Assembly (NCBI GenBank): GCA_951406725.2
Contig: OX597829.1
Location: 51,088,001 to 51,152,000, forward strand
Reading direction: 5' to 3'
Source of the DNA: Octopus vulgaris
Taxonomy: Eukaryota
DNA length: 64,000 nt
Shown: positions 25,719-40,442 of the stretch, in pieces
Layout of the letters: each line of letters opens with the position of its first letter
How positions within the stretch are numbered: position 1 is the first letter of the stretch
The notes under the pieces: model-generated
What the model was told of the DNA's origin: nothing
Databases searched by the model: none
Seen by the model: the letters and a program-made list of their open reading frames with translations, nothing else
Program-made: the position numbers and the translations under genes

Positions 25719-25768
25719 TTTGTCAAAATATTTTTGTCGCTAAAATCTGCGACCTGTTCACTGACAAA
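25719..25768 (-). ncRNA. Minimal type-I hammerhead-like motif with G3-C8 core
   Basis: Reverse complement TTTGTCA-GTGAACA-G-GTCGC agatttta GCGAC-AAA-AATATT-T-TGACAAA; 7-bp stem I, 5-bp stem II; G12 is A in this copy. Confidence 0.6.
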
Positions 25769-25786
25769 AATCCATGCTGCATCTGC

Positions 25787-25817
<31 letters not shown>

Positions 25818-26509
25818 GGTATGTATGTATATGTAGTAAAAGGAAAGGAAAACAGAAAGCTTCTAACAATGTAGAAAGTATTGCAAAAATCTTAGTATTT
25901 CAGTGCAAAGGCTCATCCTCAGAAGGAATTAGTTCAAGAAATGTGTGTGTCTAATAAATGTATGTATGTCTGTATGTATGTATCTATGTCTGTCTGTAAA
26001 GGTGCAAAAGCGAATATTACCAATTGGTTGATAAATGATGAAGAATTACAGACCTCCTGCTTGTCTCCCGTTCATTTTTACATTCGGTATATGTTACATC
26101 ATTTGTTTATACATTTTTTTTCATTTATCAAGTAATGGAATGCAACACACTCTGAATTTTTATTATATATATCATCATCGTCGTTTAACATCCGTTTTCC
26201 ATGCTGCTGCAGGTTGGACGGTTTGACTGGAGGCCACACCAGGCTCCCTTCCAATCTGGCAATGTTTTCTACAGCTGGATGCCCTTCCTAACGCCTACCA
26301 CTCTGAGAGCATAGTGGGTGCTTTTTACGTGCCACCGGCACAGGGGCCAGTCAGGCAGCACTGGCATCGGCTACATTTGGATGGTGCTTTTTACATGCTA
26401 CTGGCACAGGAGCCAATCGGGCCGGGGTGACTGGCATCGACTACATTTGGATGGTACTTTTTCAGTTCACTGGCACGGGGAGCCAGTCAGGCGACACTGA
26501 TAACAACTC

Positions 26510-26845
26510 ATGCATAAATGGTGCTTATTGCCTCCATTGAGCCGATCTTAAATTCCTCTGTTATGAGCCTGGACGACGATGATGATGGTAAATAGGAGAA
26601 GTTGAAAAACAAGACTTGGTGAATACCTACCTGTACACTAAATCCATCACTGTACTCATGACTAGCACTTACCTTACCTACGGCACCCATCTACATGGCC
26701 TGTTCTGCTTTCACAAGCCACTCGTCTACCCCTAGCTTCCTCAGAGACCACCATAACACAGAGCATTGTATGCTGTCAAAGCCTTTCTCCAGATAAACAA
26801 ATGTCAAGTACAACAGCATATTTTTAGCTAAATACTTCTCTTGAA
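26510..26845 (-). pseudogene. RTE LINE reverse-transcriptase fragment
   Basis: QEKYLAKNMLLYLTFVYLEKGFDSI..LWWSLRKLGVDEWLV...FSVQVGIHQ (decayed FVDLEKAFD and GVHQG motifs). Confidence 0.85.
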
Positions 26846-27267
26846 GTGTTCAAAATATTGTGATTTATCCAGAATATAGTATAATGGGTGAGGTTTACAG
26901 TTCAAGATAGTTTCCCATCAGTATATCTAAAGTATTCTAACATAACTGGAATATATCCTGTTTAAGAATACACACACATCTATTACAAAGCAATACAAAC
27001 ATTTCCTAGCATATTTACCTTATGATCCTTCCTTAAGAATATATGTATTTAAGAATGATGAAGTGAAAATGGTAAATTAGTTAAGCACTCTAAGAATACA
27101 TTGTGATGGTGCCAAAGACAACAAAATAGCTAGGATACATAAATTATTATCCAACAGTAACAACAACTGCTTTCAAACATCAAAGGGTGTTTCCTTTTGT
27201 GTGTATGAGTTATATATATATATATATATTTATATGTGTATGTTTTATATATAAATATACATATTAG

Positions 27268-27307
<40 letters not shown>

Positions 27308-30300
27308 ATCATAAGTATATACACAGCTGGGATAGCCATTAAAGTGCCTGTCTGTCTATTAGTTGAATGGCGGTACATCTTCACCACTTAGTTATGGTGT
27401 GTTTTGGGAAGAGTCACTCAACTTTTATCCGCTCAGTACATAATACAGCTTTAAATAGATACAATAAGGATGAATAGTTCACTGCCACAATAAAGGTCGC
27501 TTGACCTGCTAGAAATAGCAACCAAATGTATTTCAATTTACACCATGTTATCTTGAAAAAAAGAAAGAAAGATCTACATGTATTCAGGATAATGTTATTG
27601 TAGTCATGGATTCATATATTACACCTTAAACAGAATCTCGATGGTCATTTTTGGAATGTCTTTGAGAGTAGGTCTGTTGACCCATTAGTGTTTGAACCAG
27701 CCATATCCGGCTCAAATATTCCAGCTGTTTTATGTTCAAACTGGCAAGATTCAGCCCTTTACACCTACCCTACAACATCATTCTAAAATTAAATAAACAC
27801 ACCATTAAAATTTGAAAGCTACAATAGAAATAGATATTACATTCAACAGAGTAATCTGAATGCTAAAGAATTGAACCTTGGCGCTTTAGTGGATGGCATT
27901 GCGAATAGATTCGGTAGACAGTAAGCAAAGCAAGCTTATTGTGTAGGGGAGACGTCTCTGACATCACCATCATACAAGTGGAGTTCATTATTTCCTGTCT
28001 ACCCTGAAATTATATCTGACATGGGGATATATTACCTTGATTGGAAACAGGTAAGGGTTGGCAACAGGAACAATGTAGTCAGCCATAGAAAAATCTTTCT
28101 CAGGTAATCTCTCCTTGACCCAGACAAGCACAGTAAAAAGTGAATGTTAAAACAGCCACAGTGACAAGCAAGATACACCTTTTCTATTTCCAATATTTCC
28201 TTATTTGAAAGACAGTGAGCTGACTAAATTGTTAGCACATTGGTCAAAATGCTTAGTGGCATTTCATCTGTCTTCATGTTCTGAGCTCAAACTCTGCCAA
28301 AGTCAACTTTGTCTTTTAGCCTTTCAGAGTCGATAACATAAGTACCAGTACTTTTTATATGCCACAACTTTCTCCTTTAAATTGAATCATACTATTCTTT
28401 CTATTTTGATTTCTACTACTTCTTAATTAATCTATTCTATGATGAAATAATAAAAATAAATATAATTTAATAAATCAAAAAATAATGTAATCAATGTAAT
28501 CAACTTAACCCCTCTTCTAAACTTGTGCAAAGTTTGAAACCCATTAGCATACTGTACAAAATATTTAGCAACATTTCTTCTGGCCTTACATTCTGTATTC
28601 CAATGCTGTTGAGGTTGACTTTACCTTTCATCTTTTCAGGGTTGCTAAAATAAGTACTGATTGAATATTGGGACTGATGTAATCATCTTACCCACTTCCT
28701 TGAAATTAGGACCCAATATTTCCTTACCTAATTTATACTGACTCTGACCATTATCGTGAAGATTATTGATTCAAGATACTATCTTTCTTTATCTCCACTG
28801 ATAGACATACATTGGCATCGGCAATTTGGCTGAGTTATTAGAACATCAGAACAGAATGCCTGTCACTGCATTTGTACCAACATTCTGTTCTCTGAGTTCA
28901 AATCTTGTTGAGGTCAACTTTACCTGTCATATTTTCAGGTTCTTAAAAAAAAAAATATCATTCTAAGGCTGTGGAGCAGCAAACACCATAAAAACAGAAC
29001 CTTGATGCCTCGTAGTGTTTGTTCCAGCTGTTTGAGTTCTGAGTTGAAATCCCATCAAGGTCCACCTGGTTGGTAAACTTCATCTGTTTCCTAATTTAAC
29101 ACCACCATCATCACCAGCCACTTTCGGTGCCTTTAGCAGATTCCACTCTGTTGCAAACATTTTGCCTGGTCTTTAGTTTCCTTCCAGTCTCAGAGATCTT
29201 GTAAAAAAAATCGTGGGCACTCTCTTATAAATTTTTGAGATAACATGAAATAATTCTTTATTGGAACAGTGGGGCTCAAAGCAGATAAAGCTATAAATAA
29301 CAGCATGTAAATATTACAGTGGAAGAGAAATTATTCCACATTCTTGAAAGTTTAAAAATTCCTGTGACTTCAACAACATACAATTCTTGCTGGTAAGAAA
29401 CAAATTTGGTACTGGTGCCATGTAAAAAGCACTCTTGATGGTGCCACATAAAAAGCACTGGTGTCAGTGCTACATAAAAAGGACTGGTGATGGTACCACA
29501 TAAAAAGCACCAGTGCTGGCATCATGGAAAAAGCACTGATGATGGTGCCACATAAAAAGCACTCTGTAAACTCTGTATTCTCTGTAAACTGGTTGACATT
29601 AGGAAGGGCAACTGTAGAAAGAATACCAAAACTTACAATGGAACCCAGTGTGGCTCCTGGTCTTGCTAGCTCCTGTCAAACCATTCAACCCATTCCATCA
29701 TGGAAAAGTGGTCATTAAATGATGATGATGATGATGAAATATGACTGATGCATGTGTTATTTTGATTGGTTCATCTATTTACATCAGTAGTTTAGGATTT
29801 CAGTGTGTTGTGAGCTCTAGGACTCGTAAAGCCGGAACTTAACCCAGTTTTCAATGCATGTGACTGCAATTAAAACGTCCACCTACCCACTCTCCCACCT
29901 AGTGGGATAATGGTCTGTTGCACCAACAATTTCCCAGCAATTTCAAGAACCCAATTTACAACTGAACGGACTGGAGCAACATAATATGAAGTGTTTTGCT
30001 CAAGAACACAATGCACCACCCAATCCAGGTATTGAAACCACCGTCTTATGATCATGAGTGCAACACCTTAACCATTAAGCCATGTGACTTCACACATTAG
30101 CGAACAGTACAGAAAATCTACGATAAAGTAAAATGGATTTGCAAATGATAATGGCACTTGTAAAAAATAAAAGAACCCCGGGCATCATTTAACATTATTA
30201 ATAATGGTTTTACCAAAGTGTGTTGCTAGTTGTCATATATTCTCTCTTGAAGGCAACAGACAGAATATAATGACCAATTATATATGCCACAGAACCTCAC

Positions 30301-32596
30301 AAAACTAAACACCTATATCTAAGTCTTGTCCAAGCCTAATTAGGTTTCCTTTGAAGAAAACCAACCAATGCCAATGTTCGTGATTCCTACAACCCATGAA
30401 TACACATGAATACACTTTCCACTCTACAAGAATGAAGGACAACCTAGGATAATGAGACGAAGATATAAAAAATTCATAGTCAAGCATAACTTATGTGTAG
30501 TCCCATCAACAGCTGCCCACACTGATATCACTGTGGTTTTGACACCTCTTTAACTCACATATCTTACTCACCTGAGCCCTTTTGATACCAAACTGTCCAA
30601 GACCACTCCAGTTCTACAATACAAACTTCGCATTTTAAAGTGATCAAAGCAAAAATCTTCCATCAAAATTTCATATAAATTTGTTTCAAACACCATTTTA
30701 ATAATCTTTCCACTATTGGCACAAAGCCTGAAATTTGGAGGGGAGGTGGGGGAAAGCCAAATACATCGACCTCAGTGCTCTACTGGTGCTTATTTCATTG
30801 ACACCTACCAAAAGGATAAAAGACAAAGTCAACCTTGGTGAAACACCAATTTAATAATGGCAAAATTATTGTACTAAATTCTTTATTTTCAAAATTAATT
30901 GAAACGAAAGTTGTATACTTCAACAGAAATATTTAAAAAAAGTTAAATACTCACACACACAGGATTATAGTTGCAACTTTTCAATAAAGAAGCATTTTTG
31001 CATAAACATTTGAATTCATGCTCCTGAGTATATCGAGTGAGAACGAAGCTTTAATTACTGCTAATTATTAAATCACTTATGATTTGGAGTGCACATGAAC
31101 TAAAAGATGACTTTAAAAAAATTTTTTTTACTCTTTTAAATGATGTTAGTTTTTTTAAAAATGCAAAATTAACCTAATTCCTTTCTTGATATTATCATTA
31201 ATACCACAAAACAATATGAAAGACTTTGTTTAAAGCATCTTTTAATTTCTATATTTCATGTGTTTTGGTCATTGGACTGCAGCCATTCTTAGGCGCCACC
31301 TTGAAAGGTTGCCAGTCAACTCCAGTCCTTTTTTTTTTTTGACCATTTAGCATTCAGATTATTGCAACAAATGTAAAGCTTCTTAATTTACATTGTTTTT
31401 AATTAATCGTGCATTATTTAGCAACTTAGATATTTCGGTGATGTGACTATTTCCTTTTAGAATGACATTGTAGGGTTGGTGTAAGAGGTAGGATCTGGCC
31501 GGTTTGAAATTAATACAGGTAGAATAGCTTGGGTGGATACGGCCAGTTCAAATACTAAAGGGTTAAATCCTGGTACTTAATCTATCAGTATCTTTTTGCT
31601 GAACCACTAAGTTACAGGGGTCATAAACACACCAGCACCAGTTATCAAGCAGTGCTGGGAAAGAAACACACATATATACAAAGGGCTTCTTTCGGTTTCT
31701 GTCTACCAAATCTACTCACAAGGCTTTGGTCAGTCCAGGACTATGGTAGAAGACACTTGCCCAATGTGCCACATGGTGGGATTGAACCTGGTACCATGTG
31801 GTTGGGAAGCAAGCGTCTCACCACACAGACACACCACCTGGAGCCATCATCTGTTACTTGCTTTCAGTCATTAGCTACTCTAAAATGTTGAATCATTTGT
31901 GTGTAACCATATACACCTCTCATACCTGACATCTTATGGCTTATACACTCATGAAGTGTTTTCAATGTTTGATGACCTTCAGGATTCCAGCTGCACGGAC
32001 ACTCTGCGTTGCACTTCTCTATATTGAATTACTGTGTAGTTTGATAGCTGAGTCTGTAAGAGGAGCTTTCTGTGATAGTCACACAATTCTCAGAATCCAT
32101 ATTCATACTACAAATTACGCATATATGTATGGCAACAGGAATTTCTGTCAAAGAGACATTGTTAAACAAGGTCGTACATCATCCCCCTCTTTCTCTCACA
32201 CATCCACTCTTTCTCTCTCTCTTATTATTATTCCTACTGTCACCATCAACACTACTACTTTATATAAAACATCATCAATCCTCCCTAAATTTCTTTGCCT
32301 CTCTTTCTTTCCCTCTCTTTTCTTTCTCTCTGTCTTCACCACCACCCTCACTGTCTCTGTGCCTAGTATTACTCTCACCCCATCATGAGTAATAGTAGAA
32401 GTGTCATTGAATAGTGGGGGAGAGAGGTCTACGTGTAACACACTGACACACAGAAATTAGTTTTCGCATTTATTATGTTGCTTAGGAGTGCACTGTGTGT
32501 TATAGCAGAAACAGCTGTAACCCAATGGAAGTTCATTGCATATTTTCCTGTTCCTTTGTCACTTATTTACTTTCATATATATATATATATATATAT

Positions 32597-33440
<844 letters not shown>

Positions 33441-34900
33441 CTATATACACACAGATTGAAAGAGAGAGAGAGAGAGAGAGAGAGATGGATTGATATAAAG
33501 TTATGCATGCACACACACACACACACCCATACACATACACACATGTGCATACATTTTTGAGGATTGTATATACTGAGAAAGACGGAATATATAAGAATCT
33601 ATGCAAGAGTACCATGTTGTGACAACATCTGTTCATGCAGCTGTTTATTAAATTGTGGGAAAATACTTGTTATTTAATGGGAAAATGATTAGGAGGGGGA
33701 GGCCTAAATTTTTATTATCTCATGTTCCTTTATATTTGCTTGTTTTTTTTTTTTGTTTTCTCTCCTTTACAATTTTTTTTTTTTGCTGTTGTTAATTTTC
33801 AACTCATTTATTATGTTCGTAACTCATGAGGTAAAGCAAAAAAATTTTTTTGTTTTGCTTAATTTTTTTTTTACCCATTTACTGTGTTCGCAATGCTCAT
33901 GTTAAAGTGGTGGGGGAGTAGTGCAGAGGGTAGTGGCGTGCATTTTTTTCTTTTTTATTTCTTTTCCTTTTTTTTTCCTTTTTTTTTTTTTTTTTTTTTT
34001 GTAACTTCAACAGTTAGGATTGTGTCAGAAACAATTATTAAACATGAATTTCTTATCAATATTCAAATTTCTTTAACAGGCATAGACATGGCTGTGTAGT
34101 TAAGAAACTTGCTATTTGCAAGTGGTTTTGGGGTCAATCCCATTGCATGGCACCTTGGGCAAGAGCCTTCTGCAATAGACCTGGACTGACCAATGCCTTA
34201 GTAACAGATTCAGTTGATGGAAACTAAAAGAAGCCTGTTTTGTGTGTGTGTGTGCGTGCCCTTGTTTAGATATCACACGATTGTTGTAAATAAGCATAAT
34301 TGTCATACAACTGGCGTTGTTCATTTCCAGTCTTCGATGGAAAACAAGTCTGGCCAAGGAGAAATATTAACTTACTTAGAAATGGTTCAGTGTTGGCAAC
34401 AGGAAGAGCATCCAGTGTTAGAAAATCTGCCTGGCAGGTGGGTGAGTAGGTGTGTCACAGAGTCCTCAGGCATGACTGCATGGTTAGGAAGTCTGCTTTA
34501 TAACCACACGGGTTTTAGGTTCTGTCCCACTACACAGCTCCTTGGGCAAATATCTTTTCTTGCCTTGGGTCAGCCAAAGCTTTTTATAATGACATCAGTA
34601 GATGTAAACTGCATGGAAACCCATGGATAGGAATGAGCTGCATGTAGGCACATGCAATTGCAAGTTGTCATTTTTGCTTCTCCCAAGAGATCATCTGACC
34701 AAATATTGATGCAGTGCTTATATTCATGATGAACATTACAGCCCATTGTGCTGCTGTCTCAAAGTAATGGAATAAATTCTCCTAAACTTATTTCGTTTTT
34801 GGATTTGGTTTGCAAGATTCTTTATGTGAGTTCGTGTGTTGAAGCATATTCTGTTGTGTCTGGGGAGAGTCATTCTCTTTTTGTGCCTTATAATGTAAGA

Positions 34901-34937
34901 CTATTGAAAAGGTTGCAAGACGCAACGAAAATTTTAG
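34901..34937 (+). ncRNA. Minimal type-I hammerhead-like motif with U3-A8 core
   Basis: CTA-TTGAAAA-G-GTTGC aagac GCAAC-GAA-AATT-T-TAG; within repeat 34790-34962, homologous to 44267-44527. Confidence 0.65.
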
Positions 34938-36319
34938 GAAAATAAGAAATAAGTGGAAATTCTCCCAAACTTGTAAGCAGGAAAGGATTTGTAACAAGAA
35001 GAGCATCCGTCCATATATCAATCCATACATACGTACGTGTGTGTGTGTGTGAACTTTAAAAAAATCGTTGTTTGTTCAATCATTGTCTGCAGAAAGATCA
35101 GGAACAATTATTCACACATTTATTCTTAACATGTCCAGGTGGATTCAGATGCAAAATATGCTGGTCACTGTTGTATGTGTCACAGGAGAATAATTTCCTA
35201 ATTTTACAATATGACAGTGGGGTCCACATTCTTGTCTCATTGGCACACAGCATTCTGGGACTCTGGTGTTTAGTCATATTGTATCTTGTCAGCCAGAAGC
35301 TGCTAGAACGTTGGGACTAACCAAAGTGGCTGGTTTTCTTTGTTATCCATAAACAAAATGTTTGCTGATCTGTGCTTATATTTGCCAACCGATAAAAAAA
35401 AAAAAAATTGTTTGCACCATCTACAGTGATACTCTATTTGTGGGTTAACAATGCTACTAGTGGTTTCATGTGGAAATAATTTCCACAATCTTCATGTAAT
35501 CTAATATTAAGTATTCTCATCTGTAGTAGAGGCAATTAGCAGCATTTTCAAGTGGCTAATCCACAAATATAGGTTCTTTATTCACTAAATGCAGTGTTGA
35601 GCACTCACTCTTACTGTTCAATAACCAACATGTGTGTGTGTGTGTGTCATCATCTAACATCTGTTTTCCATGCTGGCATGGGTTGGATGGTTTGACTGAA
35701 AACTGGTAAGCTGGGGAGCGGTACCAGGTTCCAGTCTGATTTGACATGGTTTCTACAGCTGGATGCCCTTCCTAACGCCAACCACCTCATAGTGTGCTGG
35801 GTGCTTTTTACATGACACTGCACTGGTGTTTTTATGTGGCACCATATTTATATGTACATATATGTATATATGTGTGTATGTATATATATGTATGTATATA
35901 TAAAAAGTTACTAGGATACGAATTAGGTATTTAAAGTTATAAACTTGGTAGTAACTTAACTATTCAATCTCTGACCGAATTTGGCACTATGAATTTCTTC
36001 TTTAAGAAGTTCTAATTAGTAATTCTTACCTGTATTCACCTAATGAAAACGTTCATTAAATTTTTTTATTGTTTGATTATGTAACACTTCTGTTCATCAA
36101 TAAAAAAAAAACATACTTGAAAGAGGTGTAGGGAACCACAAACCATCTTTACTGTTTATATATGTGTGCGTGGGTGTATGTATATATAAGTGTATATATG
36201 TATGTATATATGTGTATATATGTATCTATGTATATATGTATCTATGTGTATATATGTGAGTATGTGTGTGTGTTTGTATATATGTGAGTGTGTGTGTGTG
36301 CATGTATGTATATATAAAA

Positions 36320-36620
36320 CCATACTGGCATGGGTTAGATGGTTTGACAAGAACTGGTACGTCAGAGAGCTGCACCAGGTTCCATCCACTTTGATTTGGT
36401 TTGGTTTTTACTGCTGGATGCCCTTCCTAACACCAACCACACCATATCTGTAGTGGGTGCCTTTTACGTATCACCAACACTGTTCTTGATTACAATTTCA
36501 CTCACCTTGAAATGTCTTCTCAAGCACAGCAAATCACCAAAGGTCTCCATCACTTATCATTGCCTCCATGAGACTCAGCATCTGTAGATCATGTTTCACA
36601 ACCTTGTCCTCATGCTTCAA
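36320..36620 (-). pseudogene. RTE LINE 3' end: last codons joined to the abundant 3'-end repeat
   Basis: Minus strand reads VKHDLQMLSLMEAMISDGDLW*FAVLEK.. and runs into TGGTTGGTGTTAGGAAGGGCATCCAGC..ACCCATGCCAG. Confidence 0.7.
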
Positions 36621-37097
36621 CACCTATATATATATATATATGAATGTATGTATATGGTTGCTATTATGCAGAAGTGTCATAGCTCCAAACTGTTTTTTCA
36701 GAAAATGAAAAACTAGTTTCACCATTCCATAGCAAAACCTTTGTACTACACTTTGACAATTTTTGATATCTTGGCATCTGAAGTAGCTGGAGATACGATA
36801 GTTTGACCAAAAGAACTGGCTTATCGCAATCAAAAGTATACATTGAAAAAAACTAATAATAATTGGCCAAATTTGGACATACAACAGTTTAACATAATAA
36901 CAATGTGTGTGTGTAACTACTTCAGCCATATAACCACACATGTGCTTTTCTAGAACTTTCTTCCTTCTCTCCAGACTTTCCCTCTCTCCTCTTTCTGACA
37001 AAGAACCATGCTCAAAACGTTATACACCCACTGTTTTATCCATCTTATACTGAGCATCAGTTTAATACATTCTATGTTTGTCCTTTTGACTTTAGTT

Positions 37098-37321
37098 ACT
37101 CTCTTTTACTCTTTTACTTGTTTCAGTCATTTGACTGTGGCCATGCTGGAGCACCGCCTTTAATCGAGCAACTCGACCCTGGGACTTATTCTTTTGTAAG
37201 TCCAGTACTTATTCTATCGGTCTCTTTTGCCGAACCGCTAAGTAATGGGGACATAAACACACCAGCATCGGTTGTCAAGCAATGCTAGGGGGACAAACAC
37301 AGACACACAAACACACACACG

Positions 37322-37363
<42 letters not shown>

Positions 37364-37985
37364 TACGACGGGCTTCTTTCAGTTTCCGTGTAACAAATCC
37401 ACTCACAAAGCTTTGGTCGGCCCGAGGCTATAGTAGAAGACACTTGCCCAAGGTGCCACGCAGTGGGACTGAACCTGAAACCATGTGGTTGGTAAACAAG
37501 CTACTTACCACACAGCCACTCCTGCGCCTATGTTGTTTTTTTTGTTATTTTTAACTTTTGTATATGCATATAGAGGTGTAGCTGTGAGGTCAGAAGCTTG
37601 TTTCCCAACCACATGGTCCTGGGCTCAGACCCACTGCATGGCACCTTGGGCAAGTGTCTTCTACTATAGCCTTGGGTCAACCAAAGCCTTGTGAGAGGAT
37701 TTGGCAGATGGAAACTGAAAGAAGTCCATCATTTATATATGTATGTATGTATGCGTATATCTATGTGCGTGTGTCTGTATTTGTGCCCCCTACCACATCA
37801 CTGCTTGATAACCAAATCTGGTGTGTTTACATCCCCCATAACTTAACAGTTTGGCAAAAGAGACCAACAAAATAAGTACTAGGCTTAAAAAATAAGTCTT
37901 GGAGTCAATTTGTTCAACTAAAACCTTTCAAGATGGTGCTCCAGCATGGCCGCAGTCAAATGACTGAAACAAGTAAAAGAAGAAA
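37098..37985. mobile_element. Head-to-head pair of CORE-like SINEs (- 37098-37528, + 37572-37985)
   Basis: Two full-length copies diverging from a ~45-bp spacer. Confidence 0.85.
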
Positions 37986-38128
37986 AGAATATATATTTAT
38001 ACATACATACATACATACATGTACGTAAATACACACATGCATTCATACACATATACATACACACGTGCATACAAAGACACACATACATAGGTGTGTATAT
38101 ATATATATACACACACACACACATATAT

Positions 38129-38178
<50 letters not shown>

Positions 38179-38926
38179 ATAGACACAAACACACATACAT
38201 GCACATACATACATGCTTGTAAATACACACACACATATATATACTTGCACATACATACACATACAGACATACACGCATACACACACATATACATGCATAT
38301 ATTAGATGAATGCTTTGCTTAATGCCACAGAACAATTAGATTATCCATAACGGTAGCCTGAAATCTGCTTGGTATGATACCAGTGTCACTTAAAAGAGGG
38401 AAATGTGTTGGGACCTATTTCAAACTTAATTGGTTCATTACAGATATCTTAGTGTAATCTAAGCAAACAGAATTAATTTAGATCAATGTTCTATTAAAAT
38501 AAAAAGCATTTTTACTATAAACACCCATAAAATAATAATGCCCTTTGTTAATGTTGCCAAATTGGATGATTCTACGGTATTTTGTTTATTCTACATAATT
38601 AGCCCACCATCACAGATAAACTAATTAACAGCGTTAAACAAAAACATTCGATGTGTGACCTCGATGCATGAATTATATGCATCATATGGGTGTAGGGTGC
38701 ATGCGTGCACTTGCGTATGTGTGTAATAGAATAAGGAGGTTATAAATGTTAAGGAGTGGTCAGGAATGCAGTTCTTGACTTTAGGAAAATAATGTCTTAT
38801 TTCAGGTGTAAATTTAATTAATAAAAAATAAATGTCTCTTGATTCACAAAATTATGTATGGCTCCTGCTCTCTTGCTGATAATAAGACTTCTTGGTATAT
38901 AAATGACAAAGCTGAAATGGCTAGTA

Positions 38927-39350
38927 CAGGGATGGGCAACTCTTCGTCAGTTGGGGGGCACATCATACCATTTCTAAGTGGAAGAGGGCCGCGTGATAAA
39001 ACACATGCATGAAATATGACTTGCCGGCTTCACACTGAAATTTTTTCTTCTTAATTTCATTTGTCTTAGTATGGAAGTTTACATTAAGCTGGAGTCTCTT
39101 TTATTATTTCCTGATGATAATGATGATAGTGATTACTATTGTAAATAAATTATAGTTTAACATTCTGAAGTAAAAAAAAAAAAAAGTAAAAGTTCATCCA
39201 TATTTTATTAAAGAACAGACTTCATTGTCTGTCTCAGTGAGATTTTTTGCACATTCACATTCTTTACCATATTTTCAATGTTAGGTAGAATTTGAGATGT
39301 TGCTACTTTTAGGTTATACTGCAGATTAGTAACCCAGAGACTCATCAGAG
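38927..39350 (-). mobile_element. hAT transposon 3' end
   Basis: TIR-like CAGGGATGGGCAAC; minus strand encodes NLQYNLKVATSQILPNIENMVKNVNVQKSH*, matching the QxSH* end of Charlie/SPIN-type transposases. Confidence 0.75.
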
Positions 39351-39422
39351 GCCACACAATAACATAGCCTTGTGAGTGGATTTGGTAGATGGAAACTGAA
39401 AGAAGCCTGTTGTATATATGTG

Positions 39423-39457
<35 letters not shown>

Positions 39458-40059
39458 TTGTGTATCTGTGTTTATCCCCCCAACATTGCTTGACAACCGA
39501 TGCTGGTGTGCTTACGTCCCCATAACTTAGCGGTTCAGCAAAAGAGACCTATGGAATAAGTACTAGGCTTACAAAGAATAAGTCCTAGGCTCGATTTGCT
39601 CAACTACAGGTGGTGCTCCAGCATGGCCGCAGTCAAACAACTGAAACAAGTAAAAGAGCAAAGAGTATGTACAAATAAAAATGACTTGTTTATTTTAAAA
39701 TTTAATTTAGCGTTTAAATATTGTTTAAATTTGTCATTAATACTAATTATTGACAAATTAATAAATAACAGACCAGCAAAAGTTCTGTTCTTTAAAGAAA
39801 ATGAATTAGAAAGTAAAATAAATTATTAGTTTTTGTTTTGTTTTGTTTTGTTTCTTATTGTTTGTTTGTTTGTTTGGCTTTCAATTTCTATGGATTTTCT
39901 GCTTGATTCTAATACAAACATCTGTCAGATTTGTAGATGTATATCAGAACGTTTGCTTCAGTAATTAATCACTTCTTGTGGAGCAAGAAACAAAACCCCC
40001 CCAGGACAAGTTGACAATGCTTAGAATTCCAGAACAGGGGCACAGTTTTGTCATTAAAA

Positions 40060-40442
40060 TGTTTGTTTCCCCAACCGCATAATTCAACGTTCAGTCCCAC
40101 CTCATGGCATCTTGGGCAAGTGTATTCTACTATAGCCTTGGGCCAACCAAAGACTTGTGAGTGGTTTTGGTAGACAGAAACTAAAAGAAACCTCTAGTGT
40201 GTGTGTGTGTGTTGTGCTGTGTTGTATGTGTGTTTGAGAGTCTGTGTGAGTGTGTGTGAATATTTACATCTCCTTCTCTTGACGCTGTGTGATGGCTGTA
40301 AATGAGTGTCACTGTCACACAAGCAGTGTCGTTCATTTCCAATATTCTGCAAGAACATGTCAGGCCATAGAGAAATTATTACTTCACTCGAAAACAGGTA
40401 AAGGTTGGTGACAGGAAGGGCATCCATCTGTAGAAAATCTGT
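40060..40442 (+). mobile_element. CORE-like SINE variant with RTE-type tail
   Basis: Same head and (TG)n spacer, then a different 3' half ending GGTTGGTGACAGGAAGGGCATCC; relatives at ~34080, 58395 and 59340. Confidence 0.7.
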
